Assembly (NCBI GenBank): GCA_964247055.1
Contig: OZ176054.1
Span: forward strand, 3,100,001 to 3,164,000
From: Paragordius varius
Lineage: Eukaryota; Animalia; Nematomorpha
Reading direction: 5' to 3'
Length of the DNA stretch: 64,000 nt
Under the pieces are notes generated by a model that saw nothing but the letters and a program-made list of their open reading frames with translations, was not told the origin of the DNA and made no database searches. Positions 1 to 13,900 of the stretch are shown in pieces. The position numbers were made by a program, and so were the translations under genes. Position 1 is the stretch's first letter. Each line of letters starts with the position of its first letter.

Positions 1-15
1 TAAAATACTTTTATA

Positions 16-200
16 TGGCAGACGCCAAAATCGAATTGGTAAATAATTTAAAATACTTGGGCGATGTCATACATTGCCTAGGTAGAATAAACCAATCAGT
101 TAAATATAGATCCCAACAAGCTGGGGTAAAATATCATTAACTTAAATTTATGTTTAAAAATAAACACATATCAGCAAAAAACAAAGGTTTGATTAGAGTT
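16..200 (+). mobile_element. Degraded non-LTR retrotransposon (RT C-terminal region) remnant
   Basis: Translation ADAKIELVNNLKYLGDVIHCLGRINQSVKYRSQQAGVKYH*LKFMFKNKHIS resembles the post-YADD 'FKYLG...RI..A...F..L' region of LINE RTs; in-frame stop; boundaries approximate. Confidence 0.45.
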
Positions 201-1763
201 GTTGATAAGCGACAATAGTTTAAATTAAATGAAACGTTAACGACAAAAAACAATAATTTAACCGAAGAGACGATAACTCAAATTAAATTTATAAGAATAT
301 ATGGTTAAAATTATTAAAAATATAATTTAGTATATGAGGGTGCTTTCCTTTGATTTCCCTGTGGCATACGTACTGTTCCCTACACAACTGAAATTTTATG
401 GGTCATTCAACTTTAATTAAAAAAGAATTCATTTCTGAGTATCGTAAAACTCCATCAGGGTAATAAGCTTCTTTAGATTTCACTCTTGACAAAGAGGGAA
501 TCATCCATATCCCTAAATATATATATAATGTATTTGATGAAATCAAGGTGTGTTCTTCTCTTATCCAAAAGGCATTTTTCCGATTCAGAATTCAATTACA
601 AATTTATATAAGAATCATTGTCCATTTCATATTATTTTAAAATATTTAAAAATGAAGCAAACGAATCAACATATCTGACACCATATATGGTCAAAATTTA
701 AAAATTTCAGATGAAAAAATGAAATTAGTATTTACAGCTGAGTAAATTAAATCATTTTTTACATAAAAAAAGCAACAAAAAAGCTGTAAAAATTAAATTT
801 ATTTTTAAAAATAAAAGTCCACAAAGCTATTTTACAAAGTGATATTTATATTTAAACAAACATTATTAACATCCAAGAACATATAATAAAGTTTGTTTTG
901 ATTTAACAAATTGATAAAAAATATTTGTGTGAAAAAATGTCAAGTTACCCAATTTTTGAGGGTTTTTGGCCCCTAAAACAAAAAGTATTGGATATTTTGA
1001 GTAAATTATTTTTTTATTTTAAAGATAAATTGGTAATTTATTGTAAAAATACTTATGTAAGCCACATATTATTTGTTTACACAGCAAAAAATATTTACGA
1101 ACAAGAAAATTTTGGATATGTCCAAATATGGAAAAAGTCCCATATCTCGAAAACGAGCTGGGTAAGTAAAAAAAATTTTTACGCAAATCTGATCACAATA
1201 CTATAAGGAATCAGAAAATATTTAGAAAATCGAGTCCAGAAAAAGTTGTGTCACAGTGTAAGTTTCGATGTTTTTCAGAAAATCGATTTAGCTAATGATT
1301 GTTCAATAACGTTTAAAACGCTGCGCAAAAACGGAATGAAAGCGCGATTGTTACCCACACATTTCGTCATAATTAAAAAATTACTATTGACATTGGAGTT
1401 GACCTGTTGGGAAACATGCTTCAAATGGATCTTGGGAACTGTATTCTTTAAAAAAACCATATTTTTAAACCGAGCAAGGTAATAGTAAGGAATTAAATTA
1501 AGTCAGTCGCGCTAAAGGCATTTATAAATGAATAAAAAATCTGTAAAGTTTGGGGCCCACACGTTTTTCTAAAATTGCTCAAAACCATTGATTTATAAAT
1601 ATTTCTTGTATTTTAAATTCGTTAAAACTAATACTTCATTTAAAGAAATAAATGGTCAATAGAGATTTAATATAATATAATTATAATCATACATTTATTA
1701 AAGGCAGCCTTTAATCTACAATTTTATCGCTTCGTATGATTATAAGAATGTACAATAAACTTT

Positions 1764-4700
1764 ATGGCTGATTTAGTGACAAAATTTACTGAAGTTACGA
1801 ACTGTAAAGCCGAAACCGCTCTTTCATATCTATCAAAATACGAATGGGACTTTGAAGTTAATCGCTCTATCTATATCCAGGAAGCTTTAAGTCATTTTTT
1901 TGAGGATGGAGGTAATGAAAATTTGGATTTTAAATTAACTTCGCTTGAAAAAACAACAAAACCAGCTGCGAAAGAAGGACAATCTTCCTCTAAGTACATA
2001 TTTTATTAATTATAAAGGATTAAAACATTCAATACTTTGAAACATTCTAGTGATGAGGAGGATGATGAAGATAAACAAGCATTTTATGCAGGGGGTTCGG
2101 ACAAAAGGTTAGTTCTAGCATAATATTTTAGTGGACAATTAATTTTGGGCCCATCGTCTGATCATTTTCACAATAAAAAACAGCCGGATAAAGTTATTGA
2201 AGATTTATTTAAAACTGCGTTAAAGTTATTTAAATCATAATTTCATTATAGTCACGGTGCCACCCAAATAACTCCTGAAACGCTCCGCAAAGCATTTCAA
2301 AGTCAATTCCAGCAAACTGAAAAATCATCGAAACCTAAACCCTTTTCAGGGCAGGGTTACGTTTTAGGAGGTATAGTATTTTATCCAAAATTATAATAAC
2401 AAAACAAAAGGTAAAAGACCAATTTTTTTATTAAGCACATATTTTGTAAACACATTTAACAGTCCATTACCTTTTGGCGTATTTTTGTATCCCAGAGCGA
2501 TTTGAAATTTGACTATCTTCAAAAGTAACCAAGGTATACGGTCTAGTTTAAAAATATGCTTTCTTTAGTCTTTAAGGGCATTATAGAAATTTTTAAAATG
2601 TCATATCCCAAATATTTTAGCAGCCATTTTTTTCCATAAATTTTTTTAAATCGCTAATTCAACCGCAAATAAATATATATTATGGTTAAAATGTAAATAA
2701 TTAACTTCAAGAAGCTTTCAGGCTACATTTTAAAAGCAAAAGCGATATATTTTAATTTAGCTGTCAGTTTCAATCCTGTTTTGGGGTGGTTCCAATTTTT
2801 AACTCTACTGTAAAAATATAAGATATAAATGATGACAAAGTTCGATAATTAAATTTTTATTAAAAAACTTTTAAAAATCTAAATTATTTACAAAATTGAA
2901 CTATGTGATATAAAACTACCCCAAAAATTACGCTAGGACAAAAAAGTGATAGGGTAATGAAGTGTTAGAATTAAGTATATAGATGTAAATGAATAGTTAT
3001 TAATTTTATATCTGACATAATTTATATGGGACTATCGGAATATAAAACATAGGAAGGCTTTAAAATAAACATTTTAATATAAAATTATTAATATTTATAG
3101 AAATGAATTTTTATATGCATTTAGACAATGCTAATGTTGCAAACCAAAACGATGGAAAGAGTCAGGAAAGTAAATCCGCTAATTTGACAAACGAGGATGA
3201 ATTGGGAAACCGGAGGAATTCGTTGCTAACAAATAAATTTATAATACTCAAACTTTGGAAAGATGGTATGGTAACTAATTAATTTATATATACTTAACTT
3301 TTTTGCTTTAATAAATGTAAATAATTAAAAAGAAGATAAACATTATATATAATATAGAATACTACGTTTTTTTATGTACTGAAAAAGTAAAAATTTTAAA
3401 TTATGCGGCCCATTTAAAATTCATTTCCCAGGGTAGTTTCAAAGAAAATAATTAAAATATTATTCTGGTATAAGTTTGTCATTTCTTTGTTTTTCTGTAT
3501 TTTTTAGGTTACACAATACATTTGCCTAGCAGTTGTCATTTAGCACCTAATGATCCATTTGCCAGCACTAATTTAAGGTTATATACTGTGTCAGAAAATC
3601 AAACATTTCTCAACACTCTCATGCGAGGGTAAAACAATATTTTATCCTTCCCTAAAATTTTTATTTTTTTTTTCAATGATTATAACCGCATTATTGTTTA
3701 TAAAAAGATATTTTGTATTGAAAATCTTTGATAGTGTGGGCATATTTTTGTTTTTTTCTAAAATTTTACATAATTTGTCTTTAATTTAAGCAAGAAATAA
3801 GGTAAATTCATACTTTGCCAGATTACCATTCAAATTAAAAGTACTGTAAAACTAATAATATAGGATTTTACAATATTTGGCCGAGATGCATAAAATTTTT
3901 GCTATAAATTAAAATTATCCAAATTAATTTCACCACAAATGTTCAATAAAATGTCTCTTTTATGCTGTATGTAGGGAAATCCCACCAGAATTAGTGAGTC
4001 GAATTAATCAGGCTCCTGATATGTTGGTATCCAATAATTCCAACTTTAATAACACAAACACCTCTGAAAATAATGAGAAACACAATAATAAAAGTCGAAG
4101 CAGTCAACATCACATTAATATGGTTATGGAAGATTATAAAACTGTGACTTATGAACAAGGACGCATACTAAATCTAACTTCTACAACAAATGATAATATG
4201 AATATGGAGAGGGGTAATGCATCAATTAACAATTCTCAATTCACCATGTTTAATCCCCAAGGAGGCACCAGTAATTCCGCGAATAATGTATCAGCTTTTT
4301 CTGGCCAGGGATATATGCTAGGAAGGTGAGTTTATAGATGATACAGTAAATTTTACAAATTTTGTTTTACACGCATATATCCATACTTTATAAACTTTTA
4401 ACGGTAAAATAGTAAGAACTGTATATTGCTTTTAGTCCAACAATTATTGTTAATCAGGACTCATTATTTTGTAAAAAGTTTTGTTTCTATATTTTAACAA
4501 AAAAGAGGTCAATGGTTTAAATTAGTTTTTCTGGTTTTAATAATTTATGAAAATGATAATTAATATTTAGATTTAATAAGTTTGAAATGTAAACGATATT
4601 GATTTTTGTTAATATCTATGCAAAGGATCAAAATTTATTATTAGCGGTCGGGCTAAATTACGGTTCGACCCAACCCTATCCATAATATTTTTATTTGACT

Positions 4701-7537
4701 TACATTTTTTATTACCCTAGTTCTAAAAATATTTATCACTGGAATGATTATTCAGTTCTAAAATAACTATTTATTTTCTAAATACACTATTTTCTCGTAA
4801 TTTTGACCTACTTCTATTCTTTAATTAAAGATTTTTTAATTATCTTTTAATTAAATGCTATCCATTATCGTGATTTAATTAAATTTTGTAGACCGACTTT
4901 AGCAACCATAAATTGCGGATATTTTTTATCTTTTTTTACTAAATTTTTATGAATCCCGGACCTATATAATCGACAATATTAATCAAAAAATAACTATTTG
5001 CATTATTTTAAATGCGTATATCTATCCATTTTCCCAAATTTTTCATTTAATGTATGTGTGTTGAAAATATATGCAATAAATGTATCAAATTACAATTTTC
5101 ACATACATATTTAGCCCTAGTCCAGATATTAAAGATTTCCCAGATACTTCTCAAAGTACCCTTAATAATAACGCAAATGTCGGTGGTGGTATTTTAAAGA
5201 AATCGGCCTCAGATTATAATAATAGCAGCCAAACTTTTTCTTTTATGCCACAAAACGCATCATCAGGAGGTAAGGGAAGTTTATCAAAAAATTCTGACAT
5301 TCTTGAGGTTGAAGGATTGAATGAAAACGAGCCTAGTACAATCATTCAATTCCGCGTACCGGATGGGACAAAGTTTTATATTTTATTAATTTATAATAAG
5401 ATTCGTACAAGATGAATATAAAAATACTTTTATTAAAATCTCAAATATATCTTCACACAAAAGCATCGTCCGAAATTGTTTAAAAATAAGCTTAAAATAA
5501 TTTAAAAAAAATGAGATTTTAATAAATTTATTTATATTTTCTTCCTTATTAACAACGTATATCGGAATCTTATTTAACAAAACCTTCGTCGTTACCCACT
5601 TAATTTCATTTAATTAAAGTATGGAGGTGTGTAAAAATCAAAATAGAGTGAGTTTAACCGATTGTTAATGCAGTCATAACCGAAATGTGACCCCTTATAA
5701 ATCAAATAAAAAGTTTTTTGTTTATTACGTTATTCAATTTTATATAAATTAATATATTTTAAAAACGATTAAATTTTAATTTATTTTAATCCTTATTTAT
5801 AATTTAATCATGGTAACTACCTGTGGCTCCAACTGCTAGGACCAATTTTTATGTGATTTATTTGCATAATATTAAACAAATTTTTACGGTTTATAAATTA
5901 GTATTTTGGATTTAAGCATTATATAAATTTATTCATGTAGGATATCTTTCAAGTGTAATTTAACTCACACAATCGGTGATTTACGAAGAGCCATACAAAG
6001 GTACAATTTTATGTTTATACAATTTATGTATGCTTTTATTTTTATGTTTTTATTTTTATGTGTGTGTTATAAGCTATTCATGTAGTGACTCTTGGCTTTC
6101 TCATAAATTAATGCTCTCCATTTTTGACGATCCTGTAATTCTCTCAACAATTGAGGAAGAGTTCGGTTTGTTATTGATTTGAGAATGTCGATCCACCCCT
6201 TTTTGGGTCGGCCCCTTCTGCGGATGCCATCTACCAACCCAAAAAGTATGCTTTTTTCTAGCGAGTCGGATCGCAGGATATGACCCAGATATTTTAGCTG
6301 TTTGAAGATTATTAAATCGTGAAGTCGGGTTTGATAAGGTTGAGGATATAAGAATTGGAGATGTGGGCTTTCCAGGAGATTTTTAATATTTTCCGAAAGC
6401 ACCACATTTGAAAAGAGTTTATGCGGGCTTTGTCAATGGATTTGCATATCCATGATTCGGACCCATAAATTGCCACGGGGTATATCATCGCCTTCAGGAT
6501 GGCAAGTTTGGTTGGAAGTCTTATGACCGACGAGTTCCAAATTTTGGACAGTTTACCCATAGTAGCATGTCCTATGCTAGCCGCGCTCGGATGTCGGGAT
6601 CCGAGCTACCGTCGGATGTAATTATGGAGCCTAAATATTTACAGTGTTCAATTAGTTCGATGGTGGAGTTATTGATTGTAAATGGTAGTTGTGGAGCGTT
6701 TAGGATCATTTTAGATTTAGCTGGGTTCAGCTTAAGACCCATCAAACTTGCTTCGATGGTGAGATTGTTTAAAAGATAGGTCATGTCCGTGTGGGATTCT
6801 GACAAGAGAATAGTGTCGTCGGCGTACAGGAGATTGCAAATAGTAAGACCACCGATCTGTGCCCCAATATCTTTAAGAAAGTTACAATTATATCTGGGTC
6901 ATATCCTGCGATCCGACTCGCTAGAAAAAAGCATACTTTTTGGGTTGGTAGATGGTACCTGCAGAAGGGGCCGACCCAAAAAGCGGTGGATCGACATGCT
7001 TAAATCAATAACAAACCGAGCTCTTCCTCAATTGTTGAGAGAATCACAGTATCGTAAAAAATGGACAACATTAATTTATGAAAAAGTCAAGAACACACAC
7101 ATTTTTATAATTTACAAAAATATTCTATTTTTTCCCAATTTGTTATTAAAATCATTAGAAAATTAAAAATTAAAACCATTATTTAATTAAATATCATTTT
7201 GGTTTGCGAAATATGGCATAAAGATGTAAATTGGTACCATGTTTTATTTTATATTTCACTGTAATCGTGGATCTAAAACCATTTTTTTTATTTTTATATT
7301 ACTTTTTATGTTTCTTATCATTTTAATTTTACATGACATATATGATTAATTCTATTAAAAAGTATTCAATAAATATTTATTATTTTCAGTTATTTACCCC
7401 AATATGAAACTCAACCATTTGTTATGCTTTTAACCTTTCCTCGCCAAGAATTATCTGATAATGACTTAACAATCGAAGGTGCAAACCTTATGAATTCTGT
7501 CGTTATGATCAAAGATGGAGTGACACAACACCAATAA
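1764..7537 (+). CDS. NSFL1C: NSFL1 cofactor p47 (UBA-SEP-UBX, p97/VCP adaptor); exons 1764-1856, 1881-1993, 2018-2107, 2132-2224, 2252-2370, 3125-3265, 3508-3628, 3975-4325, 5115-5372, 5941-6000, 7390-7537
   Basis: All junctions GT-AG and phase-consistent. Spliced protein has UBA-like start (EWDFE|EALSHFFEDGG), FYAGGSDKSGQLILGP, SEP motifs LKLWKDGY and GEIPPEL, two FSGQGYxLG (SHP-type) boxes, and UBX (STIIQFRVPDGTK...HTIGDLR...FVMLLTFPRQEL...TIEGANLMNSVVM). Confidence 0.92.
6058..6871 (-). mobile_element. 5'-truncated RTE-clade LINE (RT C-terminus to 3' CA-repeat tail) in NSFL1C intron 10
   Basis: Minus-strand translation LLYADDTILLS...CKYLGSIITSDG...AIYGSESW...FQMWCFRKILKISW...LGHILRSDSLEK...RRRGRPKKGWID; frameshifted; ends in an AACACACACAT tail. 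Confidence 0.85.
6872..7102 (+). mobile_element. Second 3' end of the same RTE family, inverted relative to 6058-6300
   Basis: YLGHILRSDSLEKSILFGLVDGTCRRGRPKKRWIDMLK plus the AACACACACAT tail; near reverse complement of 6058-6300. Confidence 0.85.
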
Positions 7538-7937
7538 AATTAGATAATTTTGTGACAAAAATATTTTATGAAAATGAATTTAAGCTTAAATTAATTTTTT
7601 TATTGTATATATATATATATATCATTACTTTTACAAAAAGGGTGTGATGATTATAATGTGGTGATTAAATAATAATTAAAAATAGTTGAATTGATTCTTT
7701 ATAACTCAATAAATGTTACATATTATACTATATATTGCCATTTATATATCTTTTTAAATATTCTATGGATATTTTGATAAAATAAAATTTTTAATATATA
7801 TTATGTATATTGATTAGATTACGTTATCCTAAATAAACTAAACTCTAAAAGGGTACAAGTTAATCAAAATTTTTAAAGCGCAAAAGAAAACAACACTCTT
7901 CTTTTAACTTCGAATTGATTGAAATGTAAAATTTTAG

Positions 7938-10900
7938 CTATTTTTTAGCGTCAGGTGTTTTTCCCATTTCTATTTCCACGGTACAATCTTTAGGCATTAT
8001 GGCTTTAAGTTCATCTTTAAAGGCGGGTTTGGGGTTTTGTGGGACATTTCTTAACTTAAGTTTTTGTAATTTATGTAAGTTAGGTAGGTATTTGAAAAGA
8101 CCCTCCTGAGTTATTTCATAACAATCTGAGATAGTTAGAGTACGTAATGACTCAGCAGAATATTTTGCAATTTTTTGCAAACATTCATCCGTAACATTGG
8201 GCGAAAACATTAGGAAAATATCTTTGAGATATATAAGGCCATTCAGGTATTCGAACCCGGAAGCATCGACGCATGATTCGTTAGTGTTGAAGGCTTCGAT
8301 ATACATATTGTCTGTAATATTAAATTATAAAATTTATGTAATATAAATATGATAATTTAAATATAAAAAACATTATTGCTAAAAGAATATAGAATAGTGG
8401 TACTCATAAAGCGGGCCGCATGCGACCCTAAGAGTGCTTTAAAGTTGCCCTATGACCATATTGATACTTAAATTATTTTTTTATTGATGAATTTTTAAAT
8501 TTTCTTTAGATTTAATATGGTAATTTTTATTTTTTACCAATTTGAAATGTAGAAAATTTCCCTACATTAAAATGATTTCAAAATTTTGGCACAGATTGTT
8601 TCTGTTTCTGCATTCTATTTTCTTTTCTATATGAAATTTTATTGCATTCCTTTTTTGTATTTAAGCAAGCCTTTCCCACAAACTTGCATATACACAATCT
8701 TTTCATTGCTATCATATTTCAAACTCATTCCCATAAAATATTTTTCAAATCAACATCATTAAATTTGACCTGTTTTTTCATAGCATAATTCAAAAGACAT
8801 TATACAATCCATCATTCTCATAAATTACCAGAAAATCATGAGGAAAAAAATGAAAAATATAAAAAAATTAAGGAAATTATACCAAAAAGAAAAATTTATT
8901 ATGTCCATAGCTTTCTCCCAGGAAAAAGCTGTAACATTAGTTTCGTATGAAATTTGCTATATTATAGGAAAAAATGTGAAACCGTTTACTGAATCCCAAC
9001 TGATAAAAGAATGTCCAATAAAGGGTTGCACTTTTTTATTTGATAAATTCCATAATAAAGATCAATTCATGAGGCAAATTAAAAAACTTTAACTTTCTGA
9101 TTCAACATGTGCTCGACGCATTGAAGATATGTCTAAATATATTTTTAACAATACATTATTGGCTCTGAAAAACTCCAATAATGCTGTTGATTCTAGCACT
9201 GATTTTAGTTCAACACCTCAATGTGCCCTCTTTGTGAGATTTAGCAACGACAACATAATCCACGAAGAATATTTATAATTTTGGCCAATGAATAATACCA
9301 CGAATGAAAAAGATCTTGAAATAATTTGCACATTTTTCGATAATAATGATATATCTATGAAAAAATTGGTTTCGATCTGCACTGTCTGTCCCTCTATGAT
9401 TGGGATTTATTACTCTTTTGAAAAACAAATATAACTGCAAAATATTTTATCCTTTCACTGCTTTATTCATCAGCAAAACTTGGTTTCGCGTGTAAAAAAT
9501 AAATCACCATCCGTGGCAGAGAATTCAACCGCTTCAAATTCAAAAACCTTCCGTAAGCTATCCACAGGAAGTTTCATGATACTCTTTGTACACCGCTGTG
9601 AGATGGCTAAGCCTTAGCAAAGTATTAAATATATTTTTTGTTTTTAGACATGAAATTTTATTATTCATAAAAGATCAGAAAGTTTGACGAGGATATTAAT
9701 AGTGACAAATGGTGGGTTATATTTAAGGTGACCAGATTTTTTGAAGGAAAAAGCGGGACAAATCTGAGAAGGGGGGGTCATTGGGGGTACAACCAAAAAT
9801 TATACAAAAAATTTATTGTAATATTTATTTATTTTTAACACAAATACATTATAAATATAAAAAAATTTGTACCTTACAGGTTGTTTGTACCTTATTCAAT
9901 AAATTTACATGTGCACAAACAAAGGGTGAAGTGATTGTAAGATTCTGGAAAAAAATAATAAAGACGAAATCATCACAAAGTGCGCTGGGTGATGCAAGAA
10001 GCGGCACAAAAAATATTTTTAACAATTTAGCGAAGAATGTTAATCAAAACATTATTGGCAGATACACAACGCTATTCAAACAGCTACTGATTTGTTACCC
10101 CTGGATGTGGAAAATATAGATGTTAAAATGCTTGGATATTGTAGAACTGTTGGTTAGCTCTTTTGCCAGCGATTGAAATATTTATAAAATTGTGATCTTC
10201 TAGAATCCTATTTTTTATCACAGGACAAAGGTCAAAATTCCAAGTCAAAAAAGATTAGAAAATAATTTTATACCATAACCTAATTGGAATATTATAAAGC
10301 ATCCAGAAAAACAAGGCTCAATGAATAGCCAGGATATAAAAATGTTTTATACAAACTGAAAAGATTATTTGGAAGACATTCAGTGACACTTTTTTATGAA
10401 GTATCATTATTAAATAAATATATTGATAATGAAAACTTAAATTATGGAAAGAAAAAATACAGTAGAATATAAATGGTTTAAAATAATCATTTTTGAACAA
10501 ACTATATTCCATACAATAATATTTTGAAATTACCTGGAACCACTGCTATTGAACGCGTTTTTCCACAGTAAATCAAGTGTCGACACGGAAATTTAAATGT
10601 TGAAACTTTAAAAGCCATTTTATGTGTTCAAATATAATTTGACAAATTATTATGAAGACTTATACAATATTTTAAGTAATTTTTATTTTTTAAAACAAAA
10701 ATTTATAAATATAAGAAAATATTTTATGCTTTGGTTTATTATTTATTTGAGTGAATGCGTTTTAGCAGATTGTCATCATTTTTTAAAATATTGTAGAAGT
10801 CTTCACAAGCATTTGTCAAATTATATTTGACAGATAAAACGGCCTTTAAAGTTTCAACATTTAAATTTGATTTTTCCGATGCCCACACATGATTTACTGT

Positions 10901-13900
10901 GGAAAAAACGCGCTCAGTAGCAGCGTTGGTTCCAGGTACACATAGTGCGAGTTCCACAATTTTTAAATCAAAACGATGAAATATTTCCAACCATTTCTTT
11001 TCTACTGTATATTTTTCTTTTGTCCATAATTTAAGTTTTTCATTATTAATATATCTTTTAGCTAATGTTACTTCAGAAAAAAGATCATTTTCTGAAAGAT
11101 TACTTTTTAAGAATTTTTGGGAGCAGATATAATCAAATGATTTTTGTACATCGCACCAATTAAATTCTGATTTTAATGTTATCCAATAAAAATGATCAAT
11201 TTCATTGAATTGCGTCCGGTTTTCCAAATCATCTTCAGTTTGTATAAAACAATTTTATATGGTACAGGATATCGATTTATTAAGCCTTGTTTTTCTAAAT
11301 TATTTATTATATTACGGATGGTTAATGGTATAAAATTATTTTTTAACCGTTCTTGACATTGGAATTTTATTTTACTAACTTCATTGGCTACTTCAATTGC
11401 CGAAATTTTGTCACCTTCTATAAATTTAATATTTTGAAAGAGAGAAGCTTGATTATGTAAGAATTCTAACCATATTTTTGAAAAATCACTTTCAATTTTT
11501 TAAAGTTGTAGGACATTTGTCCTGTGATAAGAAAAAGATTTTAAAGGATCATACATTTTTAAAATTCTTTCGATAGCTGGCATATAAAAGCTAACCAACG
11601 AGTTTTACAATATCCAAGCATTTTTTGATATTGAACTTCTGCATTTTCACAGAATTCTTTAAGCGTTTCAACACGTACCGTGTATATATAAAAATAGGAA
11701 TATATTTTAACAACTACATTTTCTACATCTAGGGGTAACAAATCAGCAGCTGTTTGAATAGCGTTGTGTATTATATGCGTGCACACCCAACGCCAATAAT
11801 GTTTTGATTAAGATTGTCTGTTAATTTATGAAAAATATTTTTTGTTCCCCTCCTTGCTTTTCCACCAAAGTTCGTATTGGTTTTGTCAGCGCAAATTTTG
11901 TCTTTTGAATTATTTTTTTCTAGAATATTCATTATTGAAGTAAAAATTATGTCGGAATTTTCACCGGGTAGAGAAATAAAATCTAAAATTTTGTTTTTTA
12001 ATCCGGTTTCTGGATCAAAATATCTTATTGAAGTTGAAATAATTTTGTTTCCTTGTGATTTGATGCATTAGAGTATAGCGATATGAAGTTAATTTTCAGC
12101 AAATCTTTTTGTATTTCAGAAAATGCATGTGGCGAAAGGACATTGCATACAATGGTTTCAGCCTTTGTACGGGCACATGTAAAATTTTTATTGTAAGGTA
12201 CGAATAACCTGTGAGGTACAATCCATAGATCTAAAGGAATGATTGTGATTAACGGCGTGAAAAGATAAAACGCCTTCAGCTAGTGCCAAATTCTTTTCTT
12301 CCTCTCCAAAAGCGGTTTTTGTATAAAAATCGCTTATTTTTTAAGATGATGCCGCCTTATCCAAACATTTTTTATGTTTCTGTGTTTCCATATGCTTTGT
12401 AATATCATGCTTGCCGCCATGTGCTAGGGTGAATACCCCCTCGCATATAAGACATTTAACAAATGATTCATTCTTTGTTTTTTTGATAAAAAGAATTTTC
12501 ATCAATTCATCGTTGAATTTACAACCTCTTTTTGTGCTCATATTTATAAACTTCTATTTATAATAAATAGTATAGTACCTTAATTTTCTGGAATAAACGT
12601 GTAAGGTACCGATTTGTCGTATCAATTTGTCTTTTAAGCTACCGATTTGTGGTATTAATATGGCTTTTTAATAATGTTGGCAAGTAATTAAACTAAAATA
12701 TTAGTATAATAAATTTTATATTATTTAATTTTCTGGAATAAAAGTGTAAGGTACCAATTTGTGTTATCAATTAAGTCTTTTAAGCTAACGATTTGTGGTT
12801 AACTTGGCTTTTTGATAATGATGACAGTAGAAGTAGGAAGCAAAGTGCATAATCATATGATATAAATTCTAAAAAAATAAATAATTTTAAATTAAAAATA
12901 AAAAATTTTAATTTAAAATTGATATAGATTTTAAAGATATTTAATGATAAAAAATTTAAACGGATAAAAAAAATTTATTTGTATTAAAAATTTTTTTTAT
13001 GTATAATCGTGAAAAATCGTGACATTTTAAAAACGTAGCGGGACGCGGGACAAAGTGTGAAAAAGCGGGACGTCTGGTCACCTTAGTTATATTATACCTT
13101 TGCGTCATTACTTATGAAGTTTACAAGGGAGCATAATAATATCTATTTGCTAAGCAAATATTTTCTTTTAAAGAAAAATTAATATTTTATAAACGAGATT
13201 ATTTAAATTAAACACTCCTAAATTTCCCAACGCTTGATTCATGAAGAAAATATGGAATTTACCGCGGAGATTAATTTAATAATAAACAATCATTTAATAT
13301 TATCAAATGCGATGAAATTGAGATTTCAAAAATTAAGAAATAGTAATAATTGCTTAAAGCTCGTTGAAAATCCATGGCATAAGGATACATCCAATATTAA
13401 GCAACTTGAGCATTTCCGTTTTGATCAAGTGCATAATCGTAGATTTAAAAATTGATTCCAATTTGGATGCTATATTCAAGGAGATACGTAGAGAAGAAAT
13501 ATATGTAGTGTTTCGGCAAGATGTGCCAAATAAATATGAAAATAGAAAAAAATGTGCTCAAGTAATCCTAACTGTTTTTCCCTCAACTTACACGTGTGAG
13601 ACGGCATATTCACTGAACTATATCAAGAATACGTATAGAAATCGAATAACCGATGATACGACGTTAAGATTGGCCTGTCATGAGGCGAAACCAAATTTGT
13701 GAATTCCAGAAAATTAAATAATAATATAAAATTTATTATACTAATATTTTAGTTTTATTACTTGCCAACATTATTAAAAAGCCAAATTAATACCACAAAT
13801 CGGTAGCTTAAAAGACAAATTGATACGACAAATCGGTACCTTACACGTTTATTCCAGAAAATTAAGGTACTATACTGTTTATTATAAATAGAAGTTTATA

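Noticed and set aside
340-1500. Short ORFs (925, 1246, 1275) and exon-like minus-strand pieces upstream of NSFL1C as a divergent partner gene
   Set aside because: No recognisable motif and no consistent spliced frame; parts look like TE subterminal sequence.
4640-4680. GGTTCGACCC resembling a tRNA B-box
   Set aside because: No cloverleaf or properly spaced A-box; too short for a tRNA or SINE head.
5373-5500. Alternative 28-nt intron (5373-5400) continuing NSFL1C as KFVQDEY...
   Set aside because: The product is not UBX-like; the exon at 5941-6000 gives the expected HTIGDLR motif.
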